This document shows positions 47,113-59,453 of a DNA stretch of 64,000 nt, in pieces (position 1 is the first letter of the stretch; every line of letters begins with the position of its first letter). Made by a program: the position numbers and the translations under genes. This DNA comes from Dudresnaya verticillata. Taxonomy: Eukaryota. The stretch is taken from assembly GCA_977862235.1 (NCBI GenBank), contig OZ374561.1, positions 1-64,000 on the forward strand. Direction: 5' to 3'. The notes under the pieces were generated by a model. That model did no database searches and was not told where the DNA came from. It saw only the letters and a program-made list of their open reading frames with translations.

Positions 47113-50088
47113 TCAAGAGCCGGCATACCTAACTAACAACGGCGATTCTCTGATTCTCTTCTGGACGAGCTGCGGTAGACGTCTCTTCGTAAGAGCTTCG
47201 AATTCGACCATTACAGTCGCGACGCCGACAGTACCAGTCCATGGCTGCTTAGTCGCTGAGTATATGGATGCCTTGCACTTTCCGTCCCAAGCACCCTTTC
47301 CGTCATACGCCTCGTACCATCTTATATACAGCTCAGTAGCCTTTCCCGTAGCGTCCTGCACAACATCTATAATCTGTCCAACCCAAAATGGGCATCGTGC
47401 GGTGGCGTTCTCCCTCACAACGACAAAGAAGTAGTTCTTCGTGTACTGCAGGTCTGAAGAGGCGGTCACAGTCTCCTCCTCACCGTCATCCCCTTCCGGT
47501 ACGTACTCCAGCGCCGCTCTTCCGCTGTACTTTCCCCTTGTCTCAAATATGCGTCCCATATCCCAGTGAAACGTTTCCAGCCTATCTCTGTACACGTGGT
47601 CACGCAATTCCTGCAGCTCCCTCATCTTTCCCGTGTCATTCACAGGTGTCTCTTCAGAACGAAACCTGTCTTTGACTTCCTTCAAATCTGGCGGCGATTT
47701 GACCACTGTTGCTGGAGTCTTGCCAAGGCCAGGAGGGGATAGTACGAACCCCTTATGCTCTCCTCCTGTCTGCAACGGAACCCAGTCATCCGCGCATGTC
47801 ATTCTAAATTGAAAGCCTGTCACAAAAGCTGCAACAGATTCTGCCTCTTCCGTCGCAGCTGGACCCACACGGTGGAATCTGAAATAGCGATAGGTCGTGA
47901 ATGCCTCAACATTACCAATGCATCCTTCCTGTCGACACAGGCCTGAGAAATTCGCAATTTGAAGCATGCGACTGACAACTGGTTCTGGACTGTACGACTG
48001 CCGAAGCTCTTCCATCAATTCAGTCATTGTGACTGCGTCCCGAACTTTAAGCCGGCGTGCCGTGCACGAAAAGGCCTGATCTATATCTGTGTGAGTGTGC
48101 CCGACGGGCAGGAAAGACACGAAGACCTCTTGGAACACACCCCATGCAACGAGACTCTCCAGGTATGAGAACAAAAAGATATTTTTGTTCTCTCTCGAAC
48201 AGTTGTCTACTTGTAGAAATAAAGTCCCTTGTAGCTCTCCTCTGGACTGTTTGTCCGAAAGCGTTCTGTGCAACGCCTCGATAATGTGGTTCGCGCCGGT
48301 CTCGAACTCACCGGTCATTGTGTACAAGTGCAGACGCTTCTCAGCCCTGTGTTCAAGCACCCCAATAAGTTTCGCTTTCATGGCATGCCCAATGCTGGCT
48401 TTGGACGACACCACAAAATGTGGAAGTCCAAATGCGGACTGATCAGCACCATCCACTATGAGGGAGCAATACTCCTGCGGCAATAGTATCGCCTTCTCAT
48501 ATTTTTCTGATATTCACGTCTCTCTGCCTGTATGAATTTCAAGTGAATGTTGCGCCGCTCATGCAGGTGTTCAGTGCCTGCTCCAGAGGTCCCTGCCTGA
48601 GCAAGTCGCTCGCGAATGAGTTCGCATTCACTGCACTTTGCAAATCGGTGTGTCTTTCGCACCTTAATGCGGGAGCAGCTGTGTTTCCATACAAAGTAAA
48701 AGTAACTCTGACACGGAATTTCCCTGTTTCTGTACAGCCTGGTGTGGTCCAATTTGAACATGTCATACACAACTGATTTCTGAAAGTAGGGGAGGTGCGA
48801 CTCCCCATTATCGGGCATTGGTTCAGCAGTGCTGTCTGCAAGACGTTCAAGGAAGCAAATGATACTATCCTGCTGATGGGATGAGGTATCACGCCTCGCA
48901 TTGTTTGGGAGCTGCAGCTTCTGGGACTGCCTCGTGCCTTTTACAGAGGTCTGTAAGTCACGGGAGAATCCAAAGGCCTGCTCCAAAAAGTTGTAGCAGA
49001 CAGGCTGACGGTTGAAAAGTATTTCATCTTGGTCGTGTCCAACAGATTGCGAAGATACGTTCGCCTTGCTTCTACGTTCATTCCGGCAATTCTGCGCGCC
49101 TCCGCCTTTAAGTGCACTTGCTCTACACTTTGGAAGCATTTGTTCCCGATGCAGCATCTCATTGACTGCGTGTTTGCGCGTTCCAAGTCTTGGAACAGGT
49201 GCCTACGTCTCTTCTGAAGACTTCCTCTCCCACTGAATGTCTGCTGCTTTCTCTTCCTGTAAGTATATTTTCGCTTCGTCCTGACCTGCACCTTATGAAA
49301 AGGGTCATATGCGTCGTCATCACTTTCCGACACGTGTCGTACGGCGTCCGCATCATCATGGTTGGCCTCCCTCAAATGCTCTCGCGGTTCTCTCAATTCC
49401 TCACTGCTCGGAGCATTGCCAGGCGGGGGTGTTGTTCGAATTGACCGCGCTGCGGCATCCGCTTGCGGCCCCGCACTTTGTTGGAGGGGTGATGCTGGCC
49501 TTGTCGTGTCAACTGGTGTCATCTGCTGGGGCGATGCGGTAGGGGCCACCGCTGCGGCATTGTGTTCTGCAGTTGACGTAGGGGGGCAATTGCTCAGTAA
49601 ATTCTGCGACGAACTATGCCCTGTCGTGGAGAGTACAACCGTCTCTGGCACAACGGTGCGATTTCTCGATTGCCGAGCTCCTGAATGTAGTTCACATCCC
49701 ATGCATGAAAACCCCCACCCATCTCCCCAAGTGTGTGCGGAACGGAGTCCGTTGTCTTGTACTTGTATTTGTACTGAAGTTTCTCATACGGTTGCATGAT
49801 TTGTGCTCGGTAAACCACAACCAGCTTCTCCCCTTTTTTCTGACTGGGAGACAATTTGTGGCCATGCAGGGTGACACAATACCTGCCAGACTGGTCCGCG
49901 TCCTCTTTTGTCCCCGGTCTCTTGACAATAGCAGTGCCGACCATTTCCCTGTCATACAGAAGAGCAACATGCCCTTCGTCGCGCGCGTTGCCTCCTCCTT
50001 TTGCTTCATTTTCTCGCTCAGCGCAATCCGTACTTGACGGGCTCATTTCCATCTCGTTCAAACTGTCCTTCCGCGATGACATCTGCAC
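47113..50088 (-). pseudogene. DDE-type transposase (Sola-like / GHTHxDID family), about 990 codons in four frameshifted pieces
   Basis: ORFs 49594..50088, 48941..49702, 48456..49157 and 47113..48483 tile one gene. Motifs: FAKCSEC..H, LIVDGADQ, LQVDNCSRENKN, FLPVGHTHTDIDQAFS. The family assignment is from motif recall only. Confidence 0.75.
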
Positions 50089-51019
50089 ACAGCTTGTGAG
50101 ACTGCCACTCGTTCTGTCTTCCCTTCACGCTCTAAGCAGAACGCCCGCTTTGCAGTCTATTAAGGCACCTGCCTGACCTGGCCGGGAGGCGCAGCCCTTC
50201 GCAGCAAAACGCTTGCGCATTAAATACCCTCTGTGATACCGCGGCGCGCCGCCTGTTGCCTGCTCTTGAGGCTTCACACCCGTGGAGCGGCACGAGTGGC
50301 TGCACGAGGTGCATCTGGGTTATTCTGCAACCCAGATTCTGTTTGTGATCAGATTCTGGTTCTGCACTTGGCCAATTACATTTCAGGACAAGTCTCCACG
50401 TGCATGCGGAGCCACACAAGCTGCAGCTTCTGGGAGGCGGACACATACAGCTGACGGTCTCCGCAGCTTCGGAGAGGCGCTCTCTCAGCTGCTTTGCGAT
50501 TCGATATGCGCGGTCATATGCTTCCCTGTAGCCCTCATTGCACGCCTTTGCTGCATACGCGCCCAACCCGTTGCCTCCTTCCTTGAAATAGTCTTGCGGT
50601 CCAATAACAGGGGCGCCCCATGCACATGCACTGCAGGAATGTTCAACGATTGGAAATCAGGGACTCAACGCTTCAGCCCCCAGTCTCCTGCTCCGGCTGC
50701 ACCAACCCCATCTACCTCAACTCTGCGTCGTTTCCCAGCACAGCTCGAGTATTATTTCGCGTTGTCAGCCAAGGCACCGATTTCATCCACATCTTCGCCC
50801 TGCGTTCCAGACCCATCAACAACGCGCGTTGCTCCCCTTCCCTGTAACCACTTGTCAGCACCAGCCGCCCTCAGCGCTGACTCAATATGCATCTCCTTCA
50901 TCCAAAAGCCGAGGACCCTGTCCAACCCACCAACAATGGGCTCTTCCTCATTTCCAGAGTACATGAGTACAGAAAGCCCGTGCTTCCCGAATCACCCGGC
51001 TCTGCCCACTCGGTGGCGG

Positions 51020-51450
51020 CAAAGTGCAACATCTCCCCGAGCGATGCCTACGGCCGCCGATGGATGCCTCCGGTTATTCCTGGCAATGCAGCACTGACAT
51101 TTGAGATTGAGGTTGCAGACTTCAAGGGCGGCGGATGCGAAGATGTCAAGAAAGTCACAGAGTTCAATCCTGAGGTGGCCAGGACTCCAACTGAAATTGC
51201 CACAGAATATGATGCCGGACTTGAAACGCAAGAGGAGCGAAGGAAGAACATGTCCTTGCTAGAACGCTTTTACCTCATGAGCCCATTTGCCAGCCGAACG
51301 GGAGAACGCCCGCCTTGGTGGATCAATCCGATTATTACTTTCGTTGCAATCGCGGTGTTCTGTGTACTTGACTTCTATCCCGTTGTTGTTGCAGGTGGCA
51401 TTCATGTGGGCTATGTTGATCAGCCTGTGTATGTGACCATCTTTAAATAG
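51020..51450 (+). pseudogene. C-terminal fragment of an FKBP-type peptidyl-prolyl isomerase with a membrane tail
   Basis: AKCNISPSDAYGRRWMPPVIPGNAALTFEIEVADF matches the FKBP C-terminal signature (AYGxxGxPxxIPxNxxLxFEVEL). The N-terminal half is missing; a hydrophobic segment follows PPWWINP. Confidence 0.8.
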
Positions 51451-51799
51451 CCTTGCTTTTTCACTGCTTTACTCCATGTAAACACTGTGCTAACTTCGGG
51501 TTGACAGAGAATGAAAATGCGTTTGGGCAAGGTAATGGTAACAATCGGGTGAGAAAGAAATCACCCGAGAAAACCCAGCGCCTAAATCACTCAGTGCGAG
51601 GTCATGGGTTGATAACTCTCGCGCGACCTCGAGAAGCATTTTGCGACCGAATGCTTGTCTCCTGGGAGCATTCCAGCCTTCTGCCTCCTCTGTGAATCTT
51701 TCAAATCTGAGACGCTGCCCGGTCGCACACCCCGTGTCACCACGTATTACGCTTTCATCGAAGTAAGCGTTTAGAATTTGTTTTCGGGACTGGGAATGT

Positions 51800-52950
51800 G
51801 TTCTGTAGACTGAAATATCATTCTCGAAACGTCCTGGGCGGAGACGTGCATCATCCAGAAGGTCTAGGGGTCGCGTCTTCCCCGCAAGAAAACAGGCTCA
51901 TCCCAAGAATGGTTGTTGGTGCCGTCTATTTCGGTGAGAAATGTTCCCAGAATGCGATTGAATGCTTCAGAAGCGGATTCCTCATCAGTGCAACCTACAG
52001 ATGCACGACCACGACTCGGAGAGAGAAAATCGACATTCTCAATGACGACGACTGTTTAGAGTATGGCCCTCGCTGTAGCGAACAGTTCTGATAGCCGTAT
52101 CTCACCATCGCCGACAATGCTGCTTGTAATAGATGTGCCTTCAACGCATGGATTGTTTATGCTCCCATGGGTAACTGTCTGCGACGCCAGTCGCGCGATT
52201 GCGTACTTTCCAGATCCTGTTGCACCATAACAGATTAAACACTTCCATATCCCTAGCGTTTGCAATGCTTCCTGGCTGCTATCAGTCGAAGGGGGCCACT
52301 CCGAGCCCGAAGCACTGTTGTCAGACATTCCTGAAATTGTTTGATTGGCGATTCCAAGCCATGAAAGGCCTTGATAGACTCAGGATCAAAACTTTCGTCG
52401 GCTGGGGTTCCTTTCACGACCGACCGCAAGGCTGCCTTTGTCATTTTCAAGGAGTCCCAAAACTACGGAGCAGAAAGAAGGTCATGCGGTTCGAACGAGG
52501 AATTCCTCGCTTAAGAATTGATCGTTGGTCTTCCCCAGGCTTGTTCCAGTGTAGAGAACAAACTTGTCATGTCGCCATGCATGAACCCAGGTCTAACGAC
52601 GGCAACACCCTGTTGATTACGTGTAGTAGTAATAAAGACTACAGGGATATGGCTTTCGTCATGCAATGCGGAAAGCTCTTCACGGAGTGCAGCAAAGAAT
52701 TAGTGCGCTTAAGCGAAAGTCACGGGATGACAGAAGTTTGGCTGGTGCCCATACGTCGAGCACATCAATAAGGATTGCAACTGGGAAACAAGCAGTACTC
52801 AGCATAGACTCATTACCAAACATATCGTTCTCAAGACCAACAGCTTCCGAGAAAGGTTCCGAAATAGCACCTCCTATGAACCCAGCATCATCAACTGCTA
52901 CAACTCTTGGACACGAGCACACTATCCAAACGCCGGCGAAACGTGCCCCT
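51800..52950 (-). pseudogene. Decayed AAA+ ATPase (CDC48/AFG2/PEX-like double-AAA) fragment
   Basis: Manual read-through: LICYGATGSGKYAIAR (Walker A), TSITSSIVGDGEIRLSELFATARAIL*TVVVIENVDFLSPSR (Walker B region), NRILGTFLTEIDG. The upstream ILIDVLDVWAP resembles a first-domain Walker B. Confidence 0.8.
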
Positions 52951-54375
52951 TGTATAGCAAGTGTACTCTTCCTTGATGCGGACGTCTTTCATGCGGCAGT
53001 CCAGAGCGCTTGAATGGCTAGAGGTGACCTGCGTACCGCTTGTAGAATGCCATTGAGTTCTGGACACGATAACGGAATGATGAATATGAATAGCAAGCGA
53101 GGGCTATGGGAGCATCTGAGAGACGTGCGGTTGACTAACACGACGATCACGGCTCGCATTTAAACGTTTTCGGTTCGGGAAGGGGTTGGGAACAATAATA
53201 CCATGATGACCATGATGACAGGCTGAATGATGGCAGGCTGAATTATGGTTTTCAAGGCAAGCGAGAATTTTCGTGTCAGAAGCGAACGTAGGACGGTAAG
53301 CAGGCAGGCAAACACAACGGCGGTATTACGCAGCGGAGAGGAAGGGGAGTGGAGGAGGATACCGTGAGTGATGGATTCGCGGAGCGGGAAAATCGCGGCA
53401 AGGGTAAGGGCGTTTGTGAGGCAGTGTGTTGTGGAAGGCGTATTTGTGTCCGCATTCTGGGCAATCATCTCGTGAGCTCGCAGCGCCGAGGCCAGATAGA
53501 TTGTGGAGTTTGCGGGCTCTCAGGACCTGTTCCCTGATACTGATATTGCACTTTGGGCTCCTGCGTTGCCGTGAAGCGCAATATCTGTTCTCATAGCAAT
53601 GTGACTTGGCCGCATTCAGAAGCTGTAAAGGTGTTGACGGCGGCCCAATGGAAAGACCCTTTTACAAGCTTATTCAATATCATTGGACAGAAAATCTATA
53701 CAGGTTTTTCAGCGCGCATTTTGCCACATCAAATGAACAGCTATTTGGCCCGGTTCTCTCGCCCCACCTGTTCCCTGATACTGATATTGCACCCACAGGT
53801 GTTGACACCTCCCACCCCCGAGAACCTGTTCCTCGTAAATTGACCGCCGCGGCCCCCGCTGGCACGCCGCTGACAACTGTGCGCCAGTACTCACCGAAAC
53901 CGTGTGTGGCATGCTATTTTACTCGCAGTATCAGCACCTGGCCAGGCCGGCCTCAACTTCAAAGCCCGGTCAAGTCGGCTGGGACAGCGAGCAGCATGCC
54001 CTAATTGACTTTGTTACATCTCGCCGTGCAGGTCCGGTGAAACCTGCATTCTACCAATTCCAACTGTACGGCCTGTGCTAAGAATAGTTCTGATGGAGAC
54101 TGCCCAAACCCGGTGAACAATCCACGTGACCTCCCGTGCCATCTCAGAATTTGCGGTACATCCATGTCGTACTCCTGCCGTCCAGTGTGTCGAAAGCCCG
54201 TATGGTGTCAGTCGAAAACGGCACCCTGCAAACATGAGCCGGGGACGTAAAGAATTTCTTGCGGAAGGTTTTCTGAACAGAATCTGGACAACTCATCGGA
54301 CATGCAGTACCCCTTTCCGTACTCTTTCAAGGAGAGCGGTTTTCACGTGCACAGTGAGTCTTTCTCTCGCACACC

Positions 54376-57300
54376 ATGTCGAAGCGCAAGAAGCGGAGCA
54401 GGGGGTCAAGTGAGCCGTTGAGGAAGGAGGAGATGGCACAGGCACTGTTTGGAGATGTCATGGAGGGGTCTAACAACATTCGAATAGACCCCAGGTCCTG
54501 TGTTCCGATGACTGATATAAGGGACATCTCGAGATCCGGTGTTGAGAGGCTCAAGAAGATTTTCAGGGTTGGTGGGACGAGGAGCGCTAACTACAACAAC
54601 GGGTACATTGCCGGTTCCGATGCGCCCATACTGGTTCGCCTAACAGGTCCCTTCAGGAGTTTCATTTTTGAGTTTCTCCGAGCTAAACGGAATGTGGATG
54701 GGACAGAGTACACAGAGAAACAGGTGAAAGAAGAGGCCTCCAGTCGGTCGGAGTGGTTCGGAGTTGTTGATGGCATGCATCGACTTATCGCCATTATGGA
54801 GCTAATCGATGAAGACCGGGAGACATGGAAGGGGTTTGCTTTGACTGCCACTGTGCTTAAAGGGGGGCACAACATCCAGATTCTGAAGCAACTGGCTCGT
54901 CATCAGAACAGAAAGCACGACTCCAGCTTTTTTTTAGAAACCACGTTTTACGATCAGATATGCGGTCTTAGGAAAGAGGCAGACCGTCTCGAATCCAGTA
55001 ATGGGAAGACTCCGACTGCGACGGCAGTTGCCGAAGCATATGATGGATGCAGTCACCTATCGGAAAACACTATCAAACAGACAGCGGCAACCGTTCTTCG
55101 TCTTGACCGTCGCGTTATAGATGCAATTGGGAAGATAATGAAGGAGGAGGTCCCTGAACTAGCAACTATGCAACTGTTGACTGCTTCCGGAAAGGCCATA
55201 GACGCAAATGTCGCGATGCAGAATCTGGATTGCAGAGTATACAGACGCTTCATTCACGTCAGTTCCATCAAGTCTTCCAAGGCCTTTATGAATGCAGGCA
55301 GCTCTGACAACGGCATTACTGTTCAAATAGCTACCCTGTACAGGCTCCGAGAGGTGTCAAGGACACACAATTTCAAACCTGTTTCGGCCAAACACACGCA
55401 AGAGCAATTCTTGAAAGCTTCAGCCGCCCTTTCCGAGACTCGGAAGTTTGAAGCGATGAGGGAGAGGACAGAATGGCCTTCAGGCATGAGTACATTAAGA
55501 GAAAACCTGTTACACACTACGAAGCTGGACGTCGAGGTCATCATAAATCGAGGTAATTACTGTACACTGTTGAAAACAATAGTTGAGATGTACAGAGAGT
55601 GTTGTCCGGAAGAGGCCCCAGTGAAGTTGCAGAAGTACAAAGATCTGCAAACTGTGATGGATTCGACAGAAGGCAGACGTGATGATGCTGTCATGACCCG
55701 CCCGGGTTCCGATGAATGTGGAGCAAAAGGTTCTGACGGTCAACAGAATTTGGACTGCACGTTGTCACCGCAGGTGGACGCTACCGGAATCTCTAGCGAC
55801 GAAGAGGGTTTAGACTTAGTAACATCAACCAATTCGAAAAGGGAAGAAGGTCGCGAACCAGCAGAATCTGGACAGGCACCCGTCCAGAACGTAGACCCTA
55901 AAGCTGCATGTGCAGCCAAAAACCTTTCTGTACCGGAAAAGAGTCCCACAGACCCCACTGTATCAACTGTTTCATCAAAGCAGTCTGTTCGCCTCAACAT
56001 GGGTACTAAGGCTGTGCCGGTGGAGGACGGATTGCTTTCTGTTCCAATAGATTATCTTGCGGAAATGAAACTGACATGCTTTCAGATGACATGGCAGAGC
56101 TACGATAGTACCGTAAGGAAGGAAGGTGACAAACGATTCGATTTAATCCTCACTGATCCACCATACGGTACACCGAAATCGCAGTCTAAGTCGGGGAGGT
56201 CATTCGATAATTACCTCAGCGAGGAAGACATTAAGAAGATAGTTGAGTTCTCGAGGCGCGTACTTGTAGCAGGGGGTGGTTGTTTGTTTTCATGTCATTC
56301 CTGAACTTCAGTGTATTCCACGATGCTCTGAAGAAGGCACAATTAATGTGCCCATCATACCCATTCATATTCTCCAAAGACCCCAAGACCATGCAGGAAC
56401 ATCGGGGGAGCGATATGCCCAGAACTGTGTGGAAATAGCCGTCATGGAGCGTGCCCCAGGTCAGCATGGCGGAGGGTTCTTGCTCGACCTCAGGAGCGAG
56501 TATCACTGCATCCCCTCCCCAGAAAAGCGGAAATTCGCGTGCATGTCCTCTCTACCAACACCGAAACACAAGTTGCTACGCCCAGGCACCAAGTACCCAG
56601 TTCTGGTCGAGGAGAAGTCTCCCGAAGTACTTGTGGAGATAATGTCAACATTCTGTCCGGATGGCGGGTCAGTTCTGGATATGCACAGCGGAACCATGAC
56701 GACTGGGATTGCAGCTCTCAGAATAGATCGTCGGTGTACACTAATCGAATCACAGGTCGAAACATTCAAGCTGGGGGCTGAACGTTTGCGTAGGCTTGCC
56801 ACGGAAGCATATGAAATGAAGACAGGTCGTAAACGTTTGGAATCAAGTGCTCATGACGAACTGAATGGTATCGGTGAGGCAGCAAGAGGTAGTGTTGTCA
56901 AAACAGATTCTGCTCCACCAACAAACCATTCCGTAAAGAGGAAGGGACCTGAAATGTCCCATCTGACGACACCGTCCGAGCACGTATTGGATGACCCCGA
57001 AGAGAGTATCGAGAAGCACGGCAGGAGTGAAGAAAAAGTTGTAGGAAGTGTGGAGAAAAGTGAAAAGTGCAGGAGAAGGAAAAAACCTGAACCTTGTGCA
57101 ATGCCCAAGGCCGGAGACAGAGTCACGCTTCTTGCAGATGATAAGGAAGTGGGGGAGGCCGTGTTGCATCCTGAAAAGACTCCAGGAGGGAACTGGAATG
57201 AACGCTTGCACGGCCACGATCTGTCAGAATCTGCCAAACCAGGGGAGCATCTTGTGGTCGTCTACAGTTTGAAGATCATGGCGGAGTATGAGCTAAGTTC

Positions 57301-57406
57301 GTATCCGTATATATTTAAGGGAGTAAAGGACCCTCCTGCCAATCTCAAGGGCCTAAACGGCTTGTTGTTCTCGTGGGACTTACACAACATGAAGAAGATT
57401 GGGTAG
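54376..57406 (+). pseudogene. ParB/Srx-like domain fused to a beta-class DNA amino-methyltransferase (N6-adenine or N4-cytosine) and a C-terminal transposase-associated domain; two frameshifts
   Basis: GVVDGMHRL; FDLILTDPPYG (motif IV, 56155); RRVLVAGG then +1 frame WLFVFMSF...; EKSPEVLVEIMSTFCPDGGSVLDMHSGTMTTGIAALRIDRRCTLIE (motif X-I). The frameshifts lie at or near G-runs around 56275 and 56405. Confidence 0.85.
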
Positions 57407-57914
57407 GAATTATAGTCAGTACAGTACTATTGTCATAGGCCGAATTGAACATTTCTCGAGCATCCGTATTCTGAACATGTCTTTGCGTCTTGCTTCCGCC
57501 ATGGTCCATGAATTCGACGTCGTTCAGGCACCATTTACTCGAATAACGCCAGTGCTTCCACATGCCGTACTATGAACGCGGGGGTTATATTTGGTCCACC
57601 AAACAGAATCTGTCACGGAAGGCTGTCGCGAGTGTGGCACATGTACCGTACTGCTGCAGCTGCTGGCAACGTTGCGGCATATTGGCAGTAAGTGATTGAT
57701 CCACTACGTACCGGAGTGCGCCCAGGGCTGTCTCCAACGCATATGAAATGGAAACCCGTCAGCTCGTGGAAAGATGGACCATGTATTGCCCAGGCACGCA
57801 GTGATCCTGTCGCAGGTGAAGGCCTCGGCCATTTCGGAAAGAGAGCTGAGATGAAACGAAGTGTTCGTTCACCACCATAATCTGCTGTGACCAGAATACC
57901 GCTGTATTGAGACC

Positions 57915-58337
57915 ATGGATGACTTGATTCTGGATGTGGAAAAGCTGTACAACGCCGTTAAACGTCGGATGGAGGAAGATCTTAATCGTGAGGCACGAAA
58001 ATGGACGCACCAAAGCCCTAGCAGTGACGACGACATTCTGGACAACCACAATGACCTGGATCGTGCCCAAATGGCTTGGGAATCATCACAGCAATTTTAC
58101 GCAGACAAGACGATGATGGAGCATTCCCACCATCAGAAAGCTTTGGACAAGCTGTACAGGTTGTTGCTGAACAAAATCTTTCTCGTGGGAAGGGGCAAGT
58201 ACGTGCACGGTGCAGCCCATGCTATAGACTTCGCGATCGTCGAAACGCTGCACAGGGGCGGAGAGAACGCGTATCAACTGGGTCGCTACACACGTCTGCT
58301 TTGCACAAATTCTACATGCCCAATAGCCGCGCAATGA
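57915..58337 (+). other. Possible coding fragment of unknown identity inside the transposon
   Basis: 140-aa ORF with protein-like composition and no recognised motif. Confidence 0.3.
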
Positions 58338-58625
58338 AACCGGAGGTGAGGATGTGCATCATGAGGAGCCTGAACAATGAACTGTCTAGTTGTGAAGGGC
58401 TGTATATGCGGAAGCATGATAGCAGCGATTGCTAACGTTAGAGATAGTAAAGTGGTGGCCTTCTCCCATGAGCACAGCAATGCGCTTCATTCCATTTGGC
58501 GGCCTACAATCGGGGATGTGCCCCATTGAAGTATGGCATGGTCCTCAGCTGCGGTGCAATAAACGCGGCGCAGACAACAGAATGCAATGGGGTCAGGCTG
58601 GCATTGTGCAGAACCGCAAGGGAAA

Positions 58626-58784
58626 TCGACGCCTGTAGCGTCAGTCTACGCCACAATTTAAGTCCGAACCGCGGGTGCGCAAGTGGCTTAGCTACCTGGT
58701 AGTGTACCAGGTCGGACGGGTAGTGGGCCCAGTTGTGAGGACGGGTCAGAATGCGGGTGGCCGTGCCGCACGGGAGCGGGGTAG
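58626..58784 (-). repeat. Right arm of the inverted repeat, abutting a gypsy LTR
   Basis: Reverse complement of 46883-47045; the similarity stops exactly at the TGTAGTGCA LTR terminus at 58785. Confidence 0.92.
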
Positions 58785-59453
58785 TGTAGTGCAACACCCA
58801 AAAACGGGGATTGCCCCAACCGTGTTCGACGCGGTCTCCCGCGGTTAGGTAGCAGGCGCCACGCGGTGAGGCGGGCGCCTGTGTGCTGGTAGAGCAGCCG
58901 AGACACGGGATGTGCCCCGGGGATAGTGTAACCGGGGTCGACTGTAAACCCCCGATCCACCTGAAGTGCCGTAGCGCACGTAAATGCAGCGACGGCGATA
59001 CACGCCGGTAGGATGGCGCGGAAGAGGGACTCAGAACAGGGTACGTAGCCCGAGTTGCGTGCGGTGGTGACACCGGAAGCAAAGTCGGGGGTATCCTCAG
59101 GTTCAGAGACCAACTTGGCGCTTTACTGTGAGAGGGGCTCACCCCGTATACTAAGTATCCCCCGCGGGAGGTGCGCGCGCGTGTCTGGCGCCGTACGCCT
59201 GACACTTGGCATGTGCGCGCACCGCGGGCTCACTAAAATATCGCGCAAAAAGATCTAGCGTAGAAATACTACTAGCGCACTGTAAATCAGTGTAAACTAA
59301 GGGTGCGCGTTGCTGGCGTGCACCCGATCGAGGACTCCCTCGGATATGTTCGGCGCGCGTGTCGCGCGTGTAAACGTAGATGAGTGCGCATACCAGTGCG
59401 CGTGTATCTGAGCGGGCGTCCGCGCAAAAACAGGTTCCGGGCACTGCACCACA
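58785..59453 (-). repeat. 3' LTR (669 bp) of the second gypsy element
   Basis: On the minus strand the PPT CTCTTGAAGGGGGGG is followed by TGTGGTGCA...TGCACTACA, giving TG..CA ends with a 9-bp imperfect terminal inverted repeat. Confidence 0.75.

Larger units (their letters stand above)
46883..58784. mobile_element. Large (at least 11.9 kb) inverted-repeat-bounded DNA transposon with a DDE transposase, a DNA methyltransferase and captured gene fragments
   Basis: Long inverted repeats enclose a transposase gene ending about 70 bp inside the left repeat, plus cargo. The true termini and target-site duplication are unresolved. Confidence 0.8.

Noticed and set aside
54376..57406. Bacterial contamination or a restriction-modification operon
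   Set aside because: The gene is embedded between eukaryotic transposons, shares a domain with the neighbouring transposase, and has no nuclease partner or operon structure.
46881..58786. TA target-site duplication or CACTA terminus for the DNA transposon
   Set aside because: The flanking TA/CTA is part of the inverted-repeat match, and the apparent CACTA is created by the adjacent LTR end (TGTAGTG). The right repeat appears cut by the LTR, so the termini cannot be called.
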